From Candidatus Poribacteria bacterium (GTDB lineage Bacteria > Poribacteria > WGA-4E > WGA-3G), in the NCBI GenBank assembly GCA_965214095.1, contig OZ243938.1, positions 1,888,001-1,952,000 on the forward strand: a DNA stretch of 64,000 nucleotides. Reading direction: 5' to 3'. This document shows, piece after piece, positions 60,823 to 64,000 of the stretch; within the stretch, counting starts at the first letter, position 1; each line of letters begins with the position of its first letter. Both the position numbers and the translations under genes were made by a program. The notes below the pieces were generated by a model, which saw only the letters and a list, made by a program, of their open reading frames with translations, did no database searches and had not been told where the DNA came from.

Positions 60823-61113
60823 GGGAAAATTGAGGATTTCTCACTTTGGTTACCTGAATCACTGATTAGTCGGATTTCATGGATGCTGCGGATTTTAGTT
60901 TTGCGTTTGTTCAAATCAACCTAAGCTTTCCAAAAGCTACCATGCGGTAACTTTTTTGCCTTTAGGTGCGAATTCGGTTTATCCAACCTCAAAGACATTA
61001 TTCGGTATCGTGTTTATTAGGACGTTTTGCACGTCACAGTGATGTGCAGATGTCAAGTGGTACAAGGAATGTGATGTGTTTTCGCGTCTTTATTTTGCAA
61101 CATCGGGTAATGA

Positions 61114-62505
61114 TTACTGACTAAGACTGAGTAGTCGGAACTTAATATTGGTTTCATCTTTGGTCTCACCAATTTCAGCGAATCCTTGTATCTCAGCAAT
61201 ATATGACTTACTTACTGTAGCGTTCTTTACGATTTCAGTCTCATAAGCTTCCTCTACGATTTTTCCTTTAAAAAAGTCTTTTTCATACAAATTATCATCA
61301 GACGTTTCTATCTCAAATGATTTGGATCTGAGAGATATACCAACTAATGTGCCCTGGATTTTGATTGTTTCTAATGTTTCTTCTTGAATTTTCTCAAGAA
61401 TATCAATAGCCTTTATCATTTGCGATTGTGAAAGTTGGGCTGTTCCACCACGGTCTGGATGTGGCGATGTCCACGTGAAGCTGGTATCTTCTACAGATTC
61501 GCTAAGTGGTTTGAGAAACTCAGTGTAATCCTTTGCTACCCTTGGTCCAAATTGCTCCATGAGTGGTTTCAGTTGGTCTTGGTTACATCCAGAATTAAGG
61601 ATTTTCAGAAATTCATTTATTGCATTTCCAAGATCAGATTCCAATAAACCGCCATATTCTGTTGATGCAAGTTGAATTTCAAATGAACCTGCACCAACTT
61701 CCAACATTGAGATACCAAAGGGATTCCGGATGTCTTCAAGTATTTTCTTATATGTTGAATTAACACATTTCGCACCGACTCTGTTAATTACTTTTTGTAA
61801 ACTAGTAAGTATATTGCCTAAAGAGTCTATCGGTGCTTCTGTTCTAAAAACTCCAAGATATTTGAAAGTAATCTTAAAAAGATCACGAGCAATAGACGAT
61901 GCTATTTCTTGTGGACTTCGGAGTGGTGGAAGTGTATCGGTTTTTAGTGCGAGGCGTTCACCTGGCAGCGGTAATATATCATCGACGATCTGATTTGGCT
62001 GGATGACTTCCGGGTATGGGTCTGTTGAATCATCGTGTGGAATTCTCATCTGGAACAGGATACCATTTTCAGTTTCGGTGAACGCATTACGCAGATCTAT
62101 TCCACCAGATCGGATGTGATTTAAACGATCTTTAGAGATTCCAACGCGAAGCCATATTTTTTCTTGATCGTTTTCGCCAACGGTAACAAGGTAAAGATGA
62201 CCTGCAGAGTCTTTACATGAAAAGAGAACTGGATCGTCGTTCTGGACATAGTTTTCGATGACTTTGTGTACACCAAGGTATGGAATATCATACTGAATAG
62301 GGATGTTTAAAGACGGTTGCGGAACATTGTCACCGTCTTCTTGTAATCCTTCAATATGAAATTCGATAGCTTCTTGGATTAATGTTTGGACTTCTTCCAG
62401 TGTCTCACCTACGGTGATGCAACCGGGAAGGTCTGGCACATAAGCACCATAACTGCTATCACCCTTTTCATAAATTACAACATAATCCATTCGTTTATCC
62501 CTCAT
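61114..62505 (-). CDS. HicB-like antitoxin domain fused to a DUF6575-like domain and an uncharacterised C-terminal domain
   Basis: Residues about 6-65 are YGAYVPDLPGCITVGETLEEV..LIQEAIEFHIEGL...G..VP.P (HicB). Then D.PVLFSCKD..G.LYL...WL.V.IS..RL..IRSGGIDLR.AF...LP.PG..L (DUF6575-like), then GSFEIQL...W.SP...GTLVG. Confidence 0.75.
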   Translation of the reverse strand: MRDKRMDYVVIYEKGDSSYGAYVPDLPGCITVGETLEEVQTLIQEAIEFHIEGLQEDGDNVPQPSLNIPIQYDIPYLGVHKVIENYVQNDDPVLFSCKDSAGHLYLVTVGENDQEKIWLRVGISKDRLNHIRSGGIDLRNAFTETENGILFQMRIPHDDSTDPYPEVIQPNQIVDDILPLPGERLALKTDTLPPLRSPQEIASSIARDLFKITFKYLGVFRTEAPIDSLGNILTSLQKVINRVGAKCVNSTYKKILEDIRNPFGISMLEVGAGSFEIQLASTEYGGLLESDLGNAINEFLKILNSGCNQDQLKPLMEQFGPRVAKDYTEFLKPLSESVEDTSFTWTSPHPDRGGTAQLSQSQMIKAIDILEKIQEETLETIKIQGTLVGISLRSKSFEIETSDDNLYEKDFFKGKIVEEAYETEIVKNATVSKSYIAEIQGFAEIGETKDETNIKFRLLSLSQ

Positions 62506-62690
62506 TGCTCAATATCTGCTTGTTTCAGAACGCTTTTGCGTGTGCCTATCGGGACATCTTTGCCCATTTTACCGGGAATTGTCACTTTGCCTTTTTTTGT
62601 TGGATGTTTAAATTGCTGATGACTGCCTTTCGTCTTTATATAATACCACCCATCATCTTCAATCAGTTTTATGAGTTCTCTTACCTTCAT
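62502..62690 (-). CDS. hicA: HicA-family toxin
   Basis: IEDDGW...TKGSHQQFKHPTKKGKVTIPG...DVPIGT..SVLKQA. Confidence 0.92.
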   Translation of the reverse strand: MKVRELIKLIEDDGWYYIKTKGSHQQFKHPTKKGKVTIPGKMGKDVPIGTRKSVLKQADIEQ

Positions 62691-62785
62691 AAACGCAGCC
62701 TTCCGGCATTCCTACACCTGCACGTTAAACAGATACAATAGCACGTAACGCTTGCAAATCTCAATCATTTTGCTGTGTGATAATA

Positions 62786-62814
62786 ATCTTAACATATACA
62801 ATTTCGTTTGTCAA
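62786..62814 (-). promoter_or_regulatory. Putative promoter of the hicA/hicB-fusion module
   Basis: TTGACA, 17-nt spacer, extended TGnTAAGAT. Confidence 0.65.
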
Positions 62815-62830
62815 GAAAAATTGAAAATCC

Positions 62831-64000
62831 TCATACGTCCATCTCCTCAATTAGTGGCACAGCAGACCGTTGTCCTGTCATCAGTTCATCCAGCATGGCG
62901 TGGAATAGCTCGTCTATAAGCTCAATTTCTCGTTCAAGGGCTGCTGTTTTATCATCTATTGCTCGGAAAATGTTGGCGATGGTGTGTTGTTCGGTAAGTG
63001 GGGGTAGTGGAATTTCTAAGTTTACAAGTGCTTCTTTGTTTAACCGCTGGCGACCAGTCGTGCCCTGCATTTTCCCCGCCAGCGATGTGCGTACGGTTGG
63101 AAGCAATAAGTAATAGAAAAGGAATGATATATCGCTAACACCTTCAACTTCCCGAATTGGAATTACTTCGGTTGTAGCAATACCAAATGGTGTTGGCAAA
63201 TTCTTAAAAATACACTGTTTCCCGTTTTCAAAAGATGGTGTAATTTTGGCAAGAAGAATGTCTCCAAGTTCAAAGTAAGTTCCACTCTTTAGTTCATCAT
63301 TCGTTTTTAGAATGAAATCTTCAGAATAATGTTTGGCAATTGGAATCAACTCCATTGGGACAAATGGTATTTCTTTATATTCTGAATATCGTAGGTCCTT
63401 TGGTTTCTTTGTAAATATAACCGTATCCAACAATCTCATAACTTCCCAACTCTCAGGTATCTCACCAATTTCTGTCTGTTTGCGGGGTTCGTCCTTCGTG
63501 CCGTGAGAAAAGAGAAAATCCATCAATGCTGCTTTGCGTTCGCGTTCTAATTCAATTTCGCGTTGTCGGGTGAACTTTGCTTCTTGGATTGTGTGTAGGA
63601 TGTGGGCAATGGCGCGTTGTTCGGGGAATGGGGGCAGGGGAATTGTCGTGTCTTTGTAATCTTGAAACATCAAGTTTCTAATTCCAGTTGTCCTTTGTTG
63701 TAGTTGCCGAGTTTTTCCAGAGTCATGAAAATATAAGAGATACAAAAAGAGATAAAATGGGTGGACTTTCTTCTTATCAATAATCCTTAAGCGACTTGTG
63801 AAATTACTAAAACAGTATTGTCCATCATTAATGTTAAAAAACACGACCCTACCAACAGGTTGTTTTGGACCTCCACCAGACCGCTCAATAACAATATCAC
63901 CCCATTTCAGTTTTTTCTTGGCTAAATACCTCTGTTCTATAGGTAAGACTGCTACATCTGTTAAGTCAAGGTATCCATCGCTGGTGAAATTAGTGTTTCT
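62831..64000 (-). CDS. hsdS: Type I restriction-modification specificity subunit (5' partial)
   Basis: Two TRD/conserved repeats (IPLPPFPEQRAIA; EIGEIPESWEV; IPLPPLTEQHTIA...LMTG). Frame stays open to the right edge (GDIVIERSGGGPKQPVGR). Confidence 0.93.
   Translation of the reverse strand, partial: RNTNFTSDGYLDLTDVAVLPIEQRYLAKKKLKWGDIVIERSGGGPKQPVGRVVFFNINDGQYCFSNFTSRLRIIDKKKVHPFYLFLYLLYFHDSGKTRQLQQRTTGIRNLMFQDYKDTTIPLPPFPEQRAIAHILHTIQEAKFTRQREIELERERKAALMDFLFSHGTKDEPRKQTEIGEIPESWEVMRLLDTVIFTKKPKDLRYSEYKEIPFVPMELIPIAKHYSEDFILKTNDELKSGTYFELGDILLAKITPSFENGKQCIFKNLPTPFGIATTEVIPIREVEGVSDISFLFYYLLLPTVRTSLAGKMQGTTGRQRLNKEALVNLEIPLPPLTEQHTIANIFRAIDDKTAALEREIELIDELFHAMLDELMTGQRSAVPLIEEMDV

Noticed and set aside
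1-64000. tRNA, rRNA, prophage or integrase genes
   Set aside because: None recognised by eye. A tRNAscan/Rfam run would be needed to exclude small RNAs formally.

Overview
A 64-kb bacterial window of moderate-to-low GC, almost entirely minus-strand. The gene content (PhyH-family dioxygenase, DUF5069-like, Uma2-like, trypsin-TPR proteins, heptamer intergenic repeats, GTAG-type REPs) resembles Candidatus Poribacteria, which is an inference. From left to right: an ECF sigma/anti-sigma/DUF4252 cluster; a complex I operon (nuoA-H, J-N, no nuoI) interrupted at four junctions by an ion antiporter, an orphan DNA methyltransferase, a hicBA pair and small ORFs; pdxH; trkHA; gcvTHP split by two trypsin-TPR paralogues; lipoproteins; rpsO-pnp; a PhyH/DUF202/Zn-dehydrogenase operon; argF and thrC; a heavy-metal RND (czc/cus-type) operon; and a type I restriction locus (hsdS partial, hsdR, YgjP-like protease) with cargo genes. 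Highlights: (1) a complete IS200/IS605-family IsrB (OMEGA) element whose omegaRNA scaffold, guide, promoter, end hairpins and candidate ATGA TAM are all readable, inserted at the RBS of the phyH operon; (2) a HicA toxin coupled to a HicB fused to a ~390-aa DUF6575-like region inside the type I RM locus, a candidate undescribed defence module; (3) an antiporter translationally coupled within the nuo operon; (4) REP-carrying MITEs, one of which supplies the argF stop codon. Family names come from recognised motifs, not from database searches.
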